This document shows positions 24,472 through 36,849 of a stretch of DNA of 64,000 bases, one piece after another; positions within the stretch are counted from its first letter, which is position 1, and every line of letters begins with the position of its first letter. The translations under genes and the position numbers were made by a program. The notes under the pieces were generated by a model, which did not search any database, was not told the DNA's origin, and worked only from the letters and a program-made list of their open reading frames with translations. The DNA is from Trichodelitschia bisporula (taxonomy: Eukaryota): positions 815,061-879,060 of the forward strand of contig ML996695.1 of NCBI GenBank assembly GCA_010356995.1, read 5' to 3'.

Positions 24472-26196
24472 ATGCCACAGTCCTTGACCCCATCAGTCCC
24501 GCGCCCGACAAGTCCATCATCCCTTCTCTGGGCGCACCAGCTCAAACGTGAGCATGCACATCTCCTCGCACGCATCTCGGCCATTGAAGCCGCCCACACG
24601 ACCCTCTCATCCGAAGCTCAAACGGCCGCCACGCGCCACGTTGCCGCCCAAGCCGCATTGGCTGACGTCGCGAACATAGTGGACAATGTGGCAGCGCTGG
24701 GGCGGGAACAGAAGACGCTGTTCAACGCAATCGATGCGATCAAGAACGTATGCAACGAGCTGAGCGGGCAAATCAAAGATGCGCGGCGCGATGCTGGACA
24801 TGAAGCGGCGGGGATTAGAGAGCGGGTGGGAGGGCTTGAGGCCTTGGTCGGGGGTTTTAGGGAGGGGTTTGAAGGGGTGGGGAGGAGGATTGAAGTGTTG
24901 GAGGGCGTGGTGGAGGGGCTCGTTGGGGGACGTGAAGAGAGTGGAGGGGTTGAAAGATTGGAGGCGATGTTGCGGGTGCTAGAGGAGAGGAGGAGGCTTG
25001 ATGAGGAGAGAATGCAGGCGCTGGGGGCGAGGGCGGGATCGTTGGAGGGGAGAAGGGCGGTGCGCAGGCTTGAGTTTGACGAGAAGATGAAGACTACACC
25101 GCGGGTTGTATCCTCTTCATCAACGCCGGCTGAGGATCTTCTTGATCCTGCAAGTCCGTCGGAGGAGAGAGTGAGGAGAACGACGCAAGAGATGGCACGG
25201 TTGACGACAGTGAGAGAGGGAGCCAATGTTCGTGTGGGGACGGTGATGAGACCGCCGACTGTGAACGGGAATCTGGGGAGTATGCCACTTACGAGCAGTA
25301 CCGCAACGGCGAAGGCACCGCCTGTACCTCCCCCGATAGACCGGACGAAGGTGCCACATGCGAAGACGGCCGAGCCAGGGCCTGTTACCGGATCAGCAAT
25401 TTCCGAGAAGCTCGCGACTTCCAAGGGAACAACGAATGCTCCCTCCTCAAGGCGAGGAGCTAAGAAGCCACCTTCCAGAGCAGCAGCAAAGAAACGCCCT
25501 TCCCCATCACGTCCATCCGCTCCTGCACGCCGTTCTAATCGGATCGCCAATACTCAGACTCCGGGCGGATCGATCAGGGCCACCGTAATCCTCACAACAG
25601 AGAAGGAAGCCTCGCCAAAGACGATGCCGCAGAGGCAAGCACAACCTCCAAAGTCTCAGCCAAAGAATACAAAGCCCGCGCCAATACAGCCTAAGGAAAG
25701 GAAGCGACGAGGGGGGCTGGAGAAGGAGTTGGCAGCCTTGCGCCCATACCTGCGCTCGAGTTCAAATCCTTCCAGCGCTCAGAAGCAACTTTCCAGCGTA
25801 CGCTCCAAACCTTCCAGTACTCAGAAGCAAACATCCAGTACGGCTCCAGTGCAGGGCTCGGTTGGTCGGAAGAGAACCGCTGTGCTTCATGCCGAAGCTC
25901 CGGCGGCGAAGAGACTGAAAAGAGCCATTGAGAAGCCGAACATACCAACTCCGGACTCAAAAACAAGTAAAGCGGAGAGCTCTCCTCGCAAGCTAAGGGG
26001 CCGAGTGGTAAAGAAAGCGCCGCCAGTGAAGCAATCCGCACCTCTAGCATCAGAAGAGGCCCCCACCGCGAAGCAACTCCGGTCTCCAGAACCCAAAACG
26101 GCCGCACCGACAGCAAACGGTTCGAAAAAGAAGCGTCAGAAGAGGCGACTCATCGAGCTTGACGAGCTTCCACCTTTGAGCGAGATATCTGGTTAA
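24472..26196 (+). CDS. Hypothetical protein: N-terminal coiled coil and basic, disordered C-terminus
   Basis: Long intronless ORF. First plausible ATG 24472; SPSSLLWAHQLKREH followed by heptad-rich region; K/R-rich NLS-like tail. Confidence 0.7.
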   Translation: MPQSLTPSVPRPTSPSSLLWAHQLKREHAHLLARISAIEAAHTTLSSEAQTAATRHVAAQAALADVANIVDNVAALGREQKTLFNAIDAIKNVCNELSGQIKDARRDAGHEAAGIRERVGGLEALVGGFREGFEGVGRRIEVLEGVVEGLVGGREESGGVERLEAMLRVLEERRRLDEERMQALGARAGSLEGRRAVRRLEFDEKMKTTPRVVSSSSTPAEDLLDPASPSEERVRRTTQEMARLTTVREGANVRVGTVMRPPTVNGNLGSMPLTSSTATAKAPPVPPPIDRTKVPHAKTAEPGPVTGSAISEKLATSKGTTNAPSSRRGAKKPPSRAAAKKRPSPSRPSAPARRSNRIANTQTPGGSIRATVILTTEKEASPKTMPQRQAQPPKSQPKNTKPAPIQPKERKRRGGLEKELAALRPYLRSSSNPSSAQKQLSSVRSKPSSTQKQTSSTAPVQGSVGRKRTAVLHAEAPAAKRLKRAIEKPNIPTPDSKTSKAESSPRKLRGRVVKKAPPVKQSAPLASEEAPTAKQLRSPEPKTAAPTANGSKKKRQKRRLIELDELPPLSEISG

Positions 26197-26287
26197 TTCA
26201 ACGACGCATATCAACCCAGGACGAAAGATAGCCATGGCCGAGAAACCATATATAGACCAAATTCTTAACCACCCAAACCTCTACACA

Positions 26288-27183
26288 CTACGTCTCCTTG
26301 AACTCATACAGACCCTCCCTGTCGACAACCGGGACCTCAATCCCCGCCTCCTCAATCGCCCGCCCCCCCACACTCAACCCGGCCTTCATAACATCCCCCG
26401 CTCCCACCTTCCCCACTCCCTTCGGCGTGCCCGTCAGCACAATATCCCCCGGCTCCAGCGTCATAACGGACGAGATATCCGCTAACTGCCGCGGGATACG
26501 GAACAGCATCAGCCCCGTGCTGTCCTTCTGCCGCACCTCCCCATTCACACTCAGCCACAGCTCCGCGTCATGTGGGTCGGGGATGCGGCTCTTGGGGATT
26601 ACGCCGCTGATGGGCAGGAAGGTGTCGAAGCCCTTGGCGATGCTCCAGGGGAGGCCTTTGCGCTTGGCTTCGTCTTGGACGTTGCGTGCTGTCATGTCGA
26701 TTGCGAGGATGTAGCCTGGCGCGGGTGTCAGTACCTCCACTCTCCTCACTCATTACCCCACCCGGGGAAGGAGATGCCAAAAACGCACTGTCAATGGCCC
26801 GCACCGCGCCCTCCGTATCCGCGGGATCTAAATCCTTTACTTGTTTTCCCATCACCAGGCCGAGCTCGACCTCGTAGTGCATGATCACGCCTCGAGGCTG
26901 CAACACAGGCCCGGCATTAGGGAGGAGGATGGAGGACGGCGGCTTGAGGAAGAAGAAGGGCTGCTTGGGCCGCGCGTTGTTCAGCTCTTTGATGTGGTCC
27001 CTGAGGATGGCGGGTTAGTGTGGGTATGGGGTGTGGGGTGGGGGTAGGTACGCATAGTTGCGGCCGATGCAGATTACCTGCGGGTGTTAGCATGGCTGAC
27101 AGAGGTAGGATGACAGAATTGCAGAATTGAAGATAACGCACCTTGCGGCAGTTCGCCCGCACAGCATTGATAGCAGCAGCCAT
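26288..27183 (-). CDS. Fumarylacetoacetate-hydrolase family protein (FAHD1/Fmp41-like acylpyruvase/oxaloacetate decarboxylase)
   Basis: KVICIGRNYADHIKEL, PFFFLKP, HYEVELG, DMTARNVQ, KGLPWSIAKGFDTF, TLEPGDIVLTGTPKGVG. Three short introns. Confidence 0.92.
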
Positions 27184-27478
27184 TGTCGTCGTCGTGCGCT
27201 GCTCTCGTGGTGTCGCGTGTACGTGAAGCGACGTCGGACGTCCCTTCCCCGCGCCTTTAGCCGGCCGCGGCGGTTAAGCCGACTTTTGCCCCGAGCGCGC
27301 GGGGTCGGCATGCCGAGCCAAGCTGAGTGCCGGCTGAGAAAGTTGTGGCTGCCCCGTCTGGGCGATGTTGCGGGCAGAGGGGCTGCGACTTTTAAGTCGC
27401 TCTTGACTGGGGAAGCTCACGCGCCCACGATCGTGACGACATCCGCGACTTCAACTGCAGTCGCTTCCACCACGCACG

Positions 27479-27882
27479 ATGCGTCTCGCCGAAGCCCTCT
27501 CCGATCTAACCTCCCTGCGCGCCAGCGTACGCCCTCCCCTCCCCTACATATTCTCCCACTAACCCCTCCCCCCCAGCCCCCCGGCGCTGCCCTCGCCCTC
27601 GTCTCCGCGCGTCCGCGCCCGAACGCCTCGCAAGAAGCCCAGCCTGCGGACCAGCTGCAGAGGGAAGATCCAGACCTGCAGCGCGCGCGTGATCTGATTG
27701 CGCTGCATTATGTGTTTAAGCCAGGAAAGGCTGGAGGTGGGGGCGGGAGTGTGGATGTAGCGGGACTGGCGGATGCGAGGGAGGGGGTTAGGAGGGCTGT
27801 GGGGGGGATGAAGGCGGGGAAGGGGGAGGGTAAGGTGGATGGGGCGGAGGAGGAGGAGGCTTGGGCGGAGGATTGGAGTTGA
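27479..27882 (+). CDS. Small conserved-looking fungal hypothetical protein, 2 exons
   Basis: ATG 27479 MRLAEALSDLTSLRAS, intron approx. 27527-27576 (GTACGC...ACTAAC...CAG), then AALALVSAR...DPDLQRARDLIALHY...; divergent from the FAHD gene. Confidence 0.65.
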
Positions 27883-28728
27883 GTTTGACTGCGGAGGGAA
27901 CTGGAGATGGTTGCATATGGCTTGTGGGGAAGGGGATCGTGGTGCAAGGGCGTGTGGAGTTGGGGATATCTGAGCTACCGGGCCGGTTTGACATGTGGGG
28001 CATGAGATGTTAAAGGGAACGGCATCGGGATCACTATGGTGTATGCTCCTGATATAGGGCTGGTTCGTGGGATGGAAGACTGGCCATGACGTATGCATGA
28101 TCTTGCTCGTCCCATCCAAACCTGGCTCTATCCGAAGACATCCACGTGCCAGTCACCACAACCCGCAGATTATCACAAAGGCATCCATTGGGGTCAATAG
28201 TAGTCCAGCGTACCACAACAGTTACCCAAGCAATAATGCGTCTACTCGCTAAACGATGCCCAAATGCCATCATGGGACAGGTGACCTCCCAACCAATTAC
28301 CCGTACCCGAAAGGCGACAAAAACAACTGGAAGAATAGTCCAGCAGACACTGACGCGCCCTTCCCGCCCAAGAGACAAACCACCAGCGCCAAATCCCGTA
28401 CCAGACTCCGCAGTCCTCCTCCCACCAGCCCTCTGCACATCCCCGAAGCGGAAAAGCGATCAAAAGCGTACACAGTCGTCCTCATACCAACGTAGAGCAA
28501 CAGCGGCCGGAGAGAGCCAGAAGAAGAATATCCACAATTACAAAAAGAGGAGCAAAGAGCACCACCGGGGTATCTCAAATCCCTAGTTCCCCCCCGCCAC
28601 GCCCAGATTTTATGGCCCCGAACCGCACACTCATGAGACTCCAGTAAATCGCCTTGTCGCCGGCCAGCCCTTCTATATTCGTTATATGCGTGTCAAAGTC
28701 GTCAGGGAGACGGATACCGGCGCCAATG

Positions 28729-29652
28729 TTACTGCGGCTGTTGTCGAGCCTTGTGCAGACCCATGACCCAATTCATCCGGTCGCGTGTCTCGAGCATATC
28801 GGCGTGTAAACGGTCGATCTCAGCTTGCTTCTCAAAGTGTGCGCGTTCGAGCTCGGCGATTCGTACGAGGTACGCTTGTTTCATCTGGTCGTCCGTCTGG
28901 TGGTAGGAGTCGATAGTTGCCTTCATCTCCACGACAAGCTGGTCGTTCTTCTCGCCGCTCTGTCGTATCTGATCGGCGACGACGGTGTACTTCTCGGCAC
29001 TGGCCACCTTCTCATCGATAGCCTTGTACGCAGCCGCGAGCTGCTTCTGCGCCGCCTCGGCCTTCTTCTTCAGCGCAAAATAGTCCTTGGCAAGCGTGTT
29101 ATACCCCGCCTCAGCGACCTGCCGAGCCCCGTTCGCCTGCGACACCTCGCGGCTCGTCTCGGCGCGCAAATCGCCCAGCTTGCGGCCCATCTCCGCCTGT
29201 CGGTTCTCAGCCTCCTGTCGTCTCGCAACTTCGACATCCAGCTGGGTCTTGAGATCGTCTAAACGGCGTTCTTTCCGGTTGAGCGTGGACGCATTTGCGT
29301 CGCACTGCATGGCGAGCGTGCCGTTCTGTTCCTCGAGCATATTGACGCGGCCCTTGAGCGCTTGGAACTGCTGCAACGCTTCCTCCTTTGCCGCGCGCTC
29401 GGCTTTGATTTCTCGTTTTAGTCGGTCATTGTCGGCTGTTAGTCGCGCGATGACGGCTGAGCTGCGGCCGGGTGTACCGGCGTCGCCGGGGGAGGGCGAG
29501 GTGTTGCCGGCCCATGGGGAGCTGGGGGTGGGGTAGGCGGGGAGGGGGAGTGGTGAGGCTTTGCGCATGGTGGATGAGGTGAAGTGGCCTGGGAGAGGTG
29601 ATGGCGGTGGTTGTTGCGGTGGTGGGAGGGACGCGGTTATGGGGACTTGCAT
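28729..29652 (-). CDS. Coiled-coil protein (resembles fungal proteins annotated as She3-like)
   Basis: 307-aa ORF. Pro-rich N-terminus, GRSSAVIARLTADNDRLKRE, long heptad repeats, terminal RMNWVM. Confidence 0.75.
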   Translation of the reverse strand: MQVPITASLPPPQQPPPSPLPGHFTSSTMRKASPLPLPAYPTPSSPWAGNTSPSPGDAGTPGRSSAVIARLTADNDRLKREIKAERAAKEEALQQFQALKGRVNMLEEQNGTLAMQCDANASTLNRKERRLDDLKTQLDVEVARRQEAENRQAEMGRKLGDLRAETSREVSQANGARQVAEAGYNTLAKDYFALKKKAEAAQKQLAAAYKAIDEKVASAEKYTVVADQIRQSGEKNDQLVVEMKATIDSYHQTDDQMKQAYLVRIAELERAHFEKQAEIDRLHADMLETRDRMNWVMGLHKARQQPQ

Positions 29653-31335
29653 GCCCGGGGCGTTGTGTGGCTCTTGGGAGCGGGTGAATCAGCATGGAGA
29701 GCTTGCGGGTAGGCTCATGTAGGTCTTGCGCGGCGAGGACGGGGTGAATAGGGTGATGTAGGGTGATGTAGGCCGGACTTGGTGTTCTAGGCCGTAGGGA
29801 GTGAGAAGATGTGGTAGCGATGATGTTGAGGTGACGGAGGACGTGTCTTAACAAAGTTGCGTCCGTTCGCCGTCTTGCGATCCGTTCTTCTTCGTCTTTC
29901 GCGAGATGATGGTCTGGTAGGGAAAAAGAGAGCGAATGGGTAGGATCTTGGATTGGTTCGTTGAGGTTGTAGGGAAAAGGGACACAGTTGGTGTTCGCGG
30001 GAAACAACAAAGGCGACCGGTCTTGGAGTGCAAAGTGCAAATAAATCCACGTCTTTGCTGCCCTGACCGTGCGCCTCCGCTGCTGCCGGGGGTCTCCGTC
30101 TCAGCTGGGCGTAAATAACGACGTGTACTATCGAGATGGTATGGAAAGGCCGTTTGCGGTTGGTTGATGTGTCGATGGTTCCTTGTTGATTCATGCGATG
30201 TGGCTGCTTAGCAACAAGACGCTTTCCTCTCTAATCCTGAGCCTTGTTAGCCAACACCAAACAAGCTTTGCTGCTCGGGTGTTCGCTGATGAGATGTAAG
30301 CGGCGATTCATTGAATTTTTCTCAGTGCAATCTCTCCTCCATCTCTGCTCACTTTATATCGCCACATCTGCTTCCTTTCATGACGACGTTTATCACGATG
30401 CCCCCGCAGTGTGCAGCGGGAAGATTCGTAGCCGTAGCCGGATAGCATGCAGCTGCATCTCCTCGATCTGCTCCACCTGGCCGGGCATGGCTAAGACACC
30501 GTGAAGCACTAGCATCCATTGCTTTTCCTCACCAGCTCAAAGACTGCAAACTGCGCGTCATGCCCCCTTTTCGCAGCCCGTAAACGACCTTTCTCGAGCC
30601 TGAATCGACGATGCTGGCTGCAGGTGTGGTTTCTAGCCTGCTGTACGACCTCCTTTCGGCGTGTCATGTTCTGCAGTCCCTCAGGGGAAACTTTCTTATG
30701 ATCGGAATTGCACTTTATGCGATGCTTTTGGACGGCTCACCATGCGAGGCTCAACGCATTCTAGGCGCTGCGGGTGAAGTAAGCGAAGACGTCATGTGGT
30801 GAACTAGCATGACACAGAAGCCTCTTTTGGCTCCACATCGTGGAGCAACCAGGTTTGGACACGGAGCTCAGAATGGTGAGAATTAGTTATCGGAGTGATG
30901 GAACCTCCATGTTCAAAGAGACGCTGTATCGAGCTAGCTTGATCTACATCGCCCACCCTCCGCCTTGAACCACCTACCGTAGCGTCTCTCGCACGAAGGG
31001 ATATCACCCATCCTACGCATCACCACCATCAGATCGACCACCCTTACCGTACAAGGCTGGCCACCATGAACGCGCATCAGCCGCAAGCCCGCCCACCCAA
31101 GAACCGATCAACAGGAAATCCCATCCGTAAATCAGCCAATGAACTCTCCCGTTTTGCCCCAAATTGACAGCCTTTTTCTGATTGGCCAGCCTGATCATCG
31201 CCAGACCCCACCTCCCGCAAGAGGGGCAGGCGGGGTCTATCAAAACGTCCAGGGTTGAGCTTTGTGATCCAAGGAAGTCGCGCAGCTTCATCACTGCACA
31301 ACCACTCAATCCCTCAGTTCCCTACGCTCAGCAAG

Positions 31336-32278
31336 ATGCTCATCAAGGAGTCGCACGCTGACGTGCCCACCGCCGCAGGCGGCACCATGCGTAAACTCCC
31401 TCACCTCCCTCCCCGCCCTCACTTACCCGACCAGGAATCTTCCTCTTCCATCCCTCCATCGCAGGCTATCCACAGGCCAAATTCCCCGGCGTCGTCCTCT
31501 TCAGCGAAATCTACCAAGTCACCGGCCCCGTCGCCCGCCTCGGCCGCCAACTCGCATCAGCGGGGTACATCGCCGCTGCCCCGTCCTCCTACCACGAATT
31601 CACCGGCCCGGAGGCACTGGCTTACGACGGCCCGGGTACCGATCAGGGCAACGCGTGGAAAGTCGAGAAGAAGGTGGAGGCGTACGATGAGGACGCCCGG
31701 CTCGCGGTAGATGTGTTGCTGGGGTTGAAGACGTGTACGGGCCGCATCGGTGCCACGGGCATGTGTCTCGGCGGACATCTCGCCTTCCGCGCGGCGTTCG
31801 ATCCCCGTGTTCACGCCACGGTGTGCTACTTCGCGACGGATATTCACAGTGGCACACTGGGTGCGGGCGGGGATGACAGTCTGGCCCGCACGAAGGATAT
31901 CAAGGGCGAGTTAGTCATGGTGCATACCTCATTCAACCGTTGAACCGTGCTGGGCTGACGGCAAAGATATTCGGTAAATTGGACACGCACATCCCCCCTG
32001 CCGGGCGTGATCTTATCCGAAAGACATTGCATGAGGCGGGCGTGGTGTTTAGCTGGTATGAGCATGCGCATGCGCAGCGTGAGTTAACTTCCCGGGAATA
32101 GGGTAAAGGGGAGGCTAATAGCGCAGATGCCTTCATCCGCGATGAGTTGTCCAAGGGGAGATATGACCCCGTTGTCGCCGGGATCTGCTGGGAAATGCTG
32201 CTCGAGCTCTTCGGGCGTGTGTTGAGGTCCGACCTGGGCCCGCCGGAGGGGATGAACGAGCCGGAGCATGTGTGCTAG
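31336..32278 (+). CDS. Dienelactone hydrolase family (carboxymethylenebutenolidase-like), 4 exons
   Basis: MLIKESHADVPT, FSEIYQVTGPVAR, nucleophile GMCLGG, D-T-H, AQHAFIRDELSKGRYDP, ends EHVC*. Confidence 0.92.
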
Positions 32279-32533
32279 CGGAGTGTAGGGCCTGGGCGAG
32301 AGCATTACGGATTGTGAGGCAGGCGCACAATTGAACTCGTGCACTACCGGTCCTCGCTAGGCACTGCTCACTTGGTAACAGCGAGCCTCACACTATGAAC
32401 CTCGCACTTCACGCATCGCACTGTGATCCCCACACTTCGCCATCACATCCCCAGAAAGATCTCCAATAAAACCCGTCCAAGTATCTCATCCCATTCCCCT
32501 CTCCGTCCGCTCTTATACTTCCAGCCTTTCCCT

Positions 32534-32626
32534 CTTCAGCCTTCTCCCACTTCAGTCTTCTCCCACTTCAGTCTTCTCCCCCTTCAGCCTTCCCCCCTTC
32601 AGCCTTCCCCTCTTGAGCTTTCCCCC
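32534..32626 (+). repeat. Pyrimidine-rich 15/16-bp minisatellite (CTTCAGYCTTCYCCC), about 6 copies
   Basis: Directly visible tandem units just upstream of ATG 32654. Confidence 0.85.
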
Positions 32627-32653
32627 ACGGGAATCCATCTCAGCCGAGTCAGA

Positions 32654-32836
32654 ATGTGCTTCCTCGATACAGTCACGTACGTCGAGTGCGGGCACACCTT
32701 CGATATTGAGGTCCTGCCCTGTAAGGATCAGGGTCTCACTGGGCATATACTCTGGATCCTGGTCCAGTATACCGCGGATGGCTGGTGCCATATGTGCCTT
32801 GCGGACTGGAATAACCGGTTTGGGCCTCCAGTGTGA
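32654..32836 (+). CDS. Small Cys/His-rich protein (60 aa), putative Zn-binding
   Basis: MCFLDTVTYVECGHTF...PC...H...WCHMC matches the MC-x-CGH...C...CxxC pattern of small fungal proteins; pyrimidine-rich leader. Confidence 0.55.
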   Translation: MCFLDTVTYVECGHTFDIEVLPCKDQGLTGHILWILVQYTADGWCHMCLADWNNRFGPPV

Positions 32837-33314
32837 GTGATTCGGGAGTTTTCAGCGGGCATGAAACGCCTTTATCCTGAGGCCAGCCTTGTCTTGAGGG
32901 GGCGAGCTTTTGCTACTTGTGCCAGTCGGGAAGAATTGCTTTGGTTTTTTTTTGGGTGGCTTATCTCGAAGAAGTTGGCGCGCGAAGGAGTGTTCGCTCA
33001 AGGCTGATCGTTAAGATTCTAGCTCTCCCGTTTCTAATTCAATATCAATAAATGCATCATCTCTAATTCACTTGACCATCGTGAAGTGCACCGCATAGGA
33101 TACGAAAAGCTGAATGCCAGCACTTTGGTGGCAGAAGCTAAAACGTGTACACCCCCCATAGCCCAACTATGCCCATGATGATATGCCCCCAGCGCCGCCC
33201 AGCACCAGTAACGGCAACATTGTGTCGTCCATAGAACAGCATACTCCGGGCCGGGCTCACGTCGCCGTCTTCATCGGCGCCCTCGCCCTCCGTCCCACAA
33301 CCAAAACAACACGC

Positions 33315-35609
33315 CTAAGCCCCCCTCCTAACATTGGTACTCATAAGCGTAATCTTCATCTTCTTCTTCTTCTTACCCCCCCCTCCTCCCCCTCCCCCGC
33401 CGGCTGCCGCTCCCGCCTTCGAACTCTCCGCCACGGACAGGGCCTTAGCCTGCTCCACCAACGCCTCGTCCTCCTGCAACAAATCCTTCTCCCATCCCTG
33501 CAACCACCCGTCGTCACCCGGCACCGGCTCAGCAGCCTGCGCACCTAGCAGCGGCGAGCCGCTGCCCGGCACAACAGGCGTGCCCCACACGGTGCGCTGC
33601 GCCGACGGACTAGTACTAATATCGGCGAGGCTAGCAAACGCGGAACCCTGCCTCGCCCCCAGCGGCGGGCTGCCCGACTCCGCATCCTCAGCCGCCGGGC
33701 GCAAGGGCGCAAAATCCTCCTGACTAAGCGGGGACTTCTCATCGCGCCTGCGCCTTAAATGCGCATACCTCTTGTCATCCTCCTCGCGCTCGGCCCTAAG
33801 TCTCGCCTTCTCCTCCCTGCTCTCCTTATCCGCATTCCGGGCGCGCCTGCGCTCGATTTCAGGCTGGAAGCGGGCGAGGATCTCGGGCGGGACAGTATCG
33901 GTCCAGTCGCATTCTAGGAAGGAGACTTCGCAGCCGTAGGGCAGGTGGGCGAGGTAGCGCGTGCGTTTCCGTAAATCGTCGTCGACGATGTGCCCTGTGG
34001 AGATGTGTTCGATGCGCGGGAGGATGGTGGAGGGGAAGGAAGCGAAGGATCCGAAGGCTTCGCGCAGGATGCGGATGTCGAGGGGGGAGAGGTAGTAGTG
34101 GAGGAGGGCCTGGTAGAAGTAGTACTCCGACGGAGCCTGGTTGTGTGTGTGGGTGTTTGAGAGCCGGCGTTTGCCGAATGGCGAGGGATGGGCTGGTGGC
34201 AGCTGTGAGCCCGGCTGGGCTGCATCACTCCCAGGGGTTGTGTCGGTGCTCGCGGGGACGAAGGTGCCAATAGACTGCCCAGATTTTGCTGCATGCTGAA
34301 GACCATACATCTCAGGTACATCGCTCGCATCTGAAAACTGGATGGGCGGGCGCTTCGGGGCTTGCTCGACAGGTTTCGTCGGTGGCGGGGGGCCGCCCAT
34401 GCCCTTCACCTTGTCCTTTGCCTCATGGATCATGCGAACGGCCTTGTTTGCCCACTCGGCTACGTCTTCTCCGAACATAAGCTCATCCTCTTTCTCTTGC
34501 AGTCGGACAACTTCGATGTCATTGTCGAACTGCTCGAGCATGTAGTCCTCAGTGCCCTTCATGATCCGGGCGTAGTCCATGACGTCAGCCGCAAAGTACC
34601 AGGGCACGTCCTCGTCTTTACCGAGGGCCGTCGCGCCGTCGCGAGGCAATGCGAGGGTGCTTCCGGCTTCGCGTTTCACGAGCCTCAAGACCACGTCGCC
34701 GCCTTCACGCAGCGGTTCGCCCTCCTGGCCCTCGTACCAACGTACAGGCCGAGTCTCGGATATGAAGATGCTGTCCCCGCAGACCGGACACGCCTTACAC
34801 CGCGTCCTTCTCTCCGGGACATGTTGTTTCTCGCCGTTGGAATGCATGTACCGGATAAGGCATGGGAGGCAGAACATATGACCACACTTCGCCATCCGCG
34901 GAGCAACCGGGACTCCAAGGCAAATCGGACATGACGCGGTCTGCGACTTGGAGGAGGCCAGTATCTGCAAGACGTTGCTCCAGTCGAGATAGACGTCGGC
35001 ATCTACGCCCTGAGCGTGATAATCTCCCTTGGGATCGACTATGAACCGATAATTTGCGTGGACATATCTGTGCAGCATAAGAAAAAGATAGGCTTGCGGA
35101 GAGAGGTACCCTACCTAGCCTTGTCAATCGCATGGTAGCCCGAGCCCGGACCCCATGTTGGGGCTCGACGGCCGTTGCGCGGAAGGTACGACAGATGTTG
35201 ATCAGGCCGCGGAGGCAGCGAAAAGCGCATCAAGTGGGTAATGGACGTTTGTCCCTTGCGACTGTTTGCGGACCGCATAGCTCTCTGCGGGTGGCAAGTC
35301 AGTGGGCCGATGGCGTGACAAGCATTGAGGAAAACCTACAGTTTCCGCAAGAGCATCTTCATCCACAGCACGTCCCAAGCGTTTGGACCCCTTGTGTTGC
35401 TTGCGTGAAGCTTGACCGTTGCGTGGCGATGGAGTTGAGCGCGAAGGTGTCCCGCTTCCGAAGCGCCCGCTGCGCAGCTGGCCGTAATCGCCCCCCGAGA
35501 CAGAACCAGTCTGAGACTGAGCCGGCGACTGCTGGCTAGGAGAGGAAGTGGCCTTTGGTGTATTGACGCCCTTTCCTGCTCCAATTGTGCCTTGCGGGTT
35601 CGAGGCCAT
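33315..35609 (-). CDS. MAG2: RING-finger E3 ubiquitin ligase, Mag2/RNF10 family, 3 exons
   Basis: SRKGQTSITHLM, DKARYVHANYRFIV, RING CPICL...CGHMFCLPC...CPVC, YYFYQA...YLSPLDIRIL, RYLAHLP, KKKKKMKITLMST. Confidence 0.9.
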
Positions 35610-36287
35610 AATATGCTCGGGATTGTCGGGGTTTGCGGACGCAAGAGCCGAAAGGTGGGCGGTGATGACGAGGATCCGAAGATGGAGGGGAAGGATTGCT
35701 AGGGAGCTTCAAGACGCGGAGAGATGCGGTAATCTACTGGAGACGGACGAACACAAAGAGCAGGGCGAATGCAGAGTTCGAATGAGAGACGATAGGATTG
35801 AGAAGAGCACCATGAGCTTGAACGATACTCGCTACATGCGAGAGAGCCACGGACAGGAGCTGAAGGGTAGATGAAGAGGAGAGAGAGAGGAGAGAGTCGC
35901 CTCTCTTAGGGTTTCCTGGAGTGACTCCTTCGCGGGAGGGGGACGAGGGATGATGGGGGGCGGGCACGGGGAGGCTTGTGAATAGAGGGGGATGGGAGAG
36001 GCGGAGGCGGGAAGCCGGTTTGCAGCCGGTAACAGCGCTTCTGGGCCTCAAGACAGATTGCTAAGCATGAAATTTACGGGCATGATTACGGATGACGAGA
36101 GGAATTAACGAACGCGGCGACTGAGAGGAAGAGCGGCTTGAGCGGCTCTCTTCAATGTGGCGGCTACTCGGAGAAAACATCCGGAAATGCCATGGTTAGT
36201 CAGCGGGCTGAAGCGGTTTTTGGCGGTTTCCACCAGGTTCGTCGTGAATGCCCAGGGAAATTTCACCACCACCGGCCTCTTTTCTGG

Positions 36288-36383
36288 TCTCTCTCTCTCT
36301 GCCTCTGCCTCTGCCTCTGCCTCTGCCTCTGCCTCTGCCTCTGCCTCTGCCTCTGCCTCTGCCTCTGCCTCTGCCTCTGCCTC
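36288..36383 (+). repeat. (TC)n followed by (GCCTCT) hexanucleotide microsatellite, about 14 copies
   Basis: Perfect tandem GCCTCT from 36301 to about 36383, between MAG2 and UBP3. Confidence 0.97.
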
Positions 36384-36849
36384 CGTCTCTCCTCTTCCTC
36401 TCCGTCTTCCTCTCCGTCTTCCTCTCGTCCCTCTTCCCCCCCAAGCAGCACCATCTTGCTCATTTTGCCTCCTTTAATCCCATCATTGGCATATCCTCAC
36501 CACCATCCCAATCTACTCTCCCCTCCTGTTTGCTTGCAGTCCCATCCCTTTGCGCGTCTCTTTGGCCTCTCCCTGAAAGTCAATTCATCTCATCTCTCCC
36601 CCGCGCCCGCGTCGTGCGCCGCTTTCCCGCAAACGCACAAGCAAGCCGTCGCAACGAAATCACCACCACCTCCACCCCCCCACATCAACTTCAGCTTCGA
36701 TATTCTGGCGCAAGTTGGACGCTCTGGCGTGCGCAAAAATCCCCCGTACGGTCAAGACTCTCGTCTTAGTTGCCTCATACAAGCGGATCGCTGGTGTTCG
36801 GCCAGCGTTCTTGCTGTAGAGGCAACATCAGGCAGGCGCGTCCGGCAAA

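Noticed and set aside
28067..28495. Two same-frame ORFs separated by one TAA
   Set aside because: No ATG-supported or homologue-like content; probably convergent 3' UTRs, so not counted as a readthrough case.
29652..29718. Short in-frame uORF MSLPASSPC* before the coiled-coil gene
   Set aside because: Too short and featureless to distinguish from chance.
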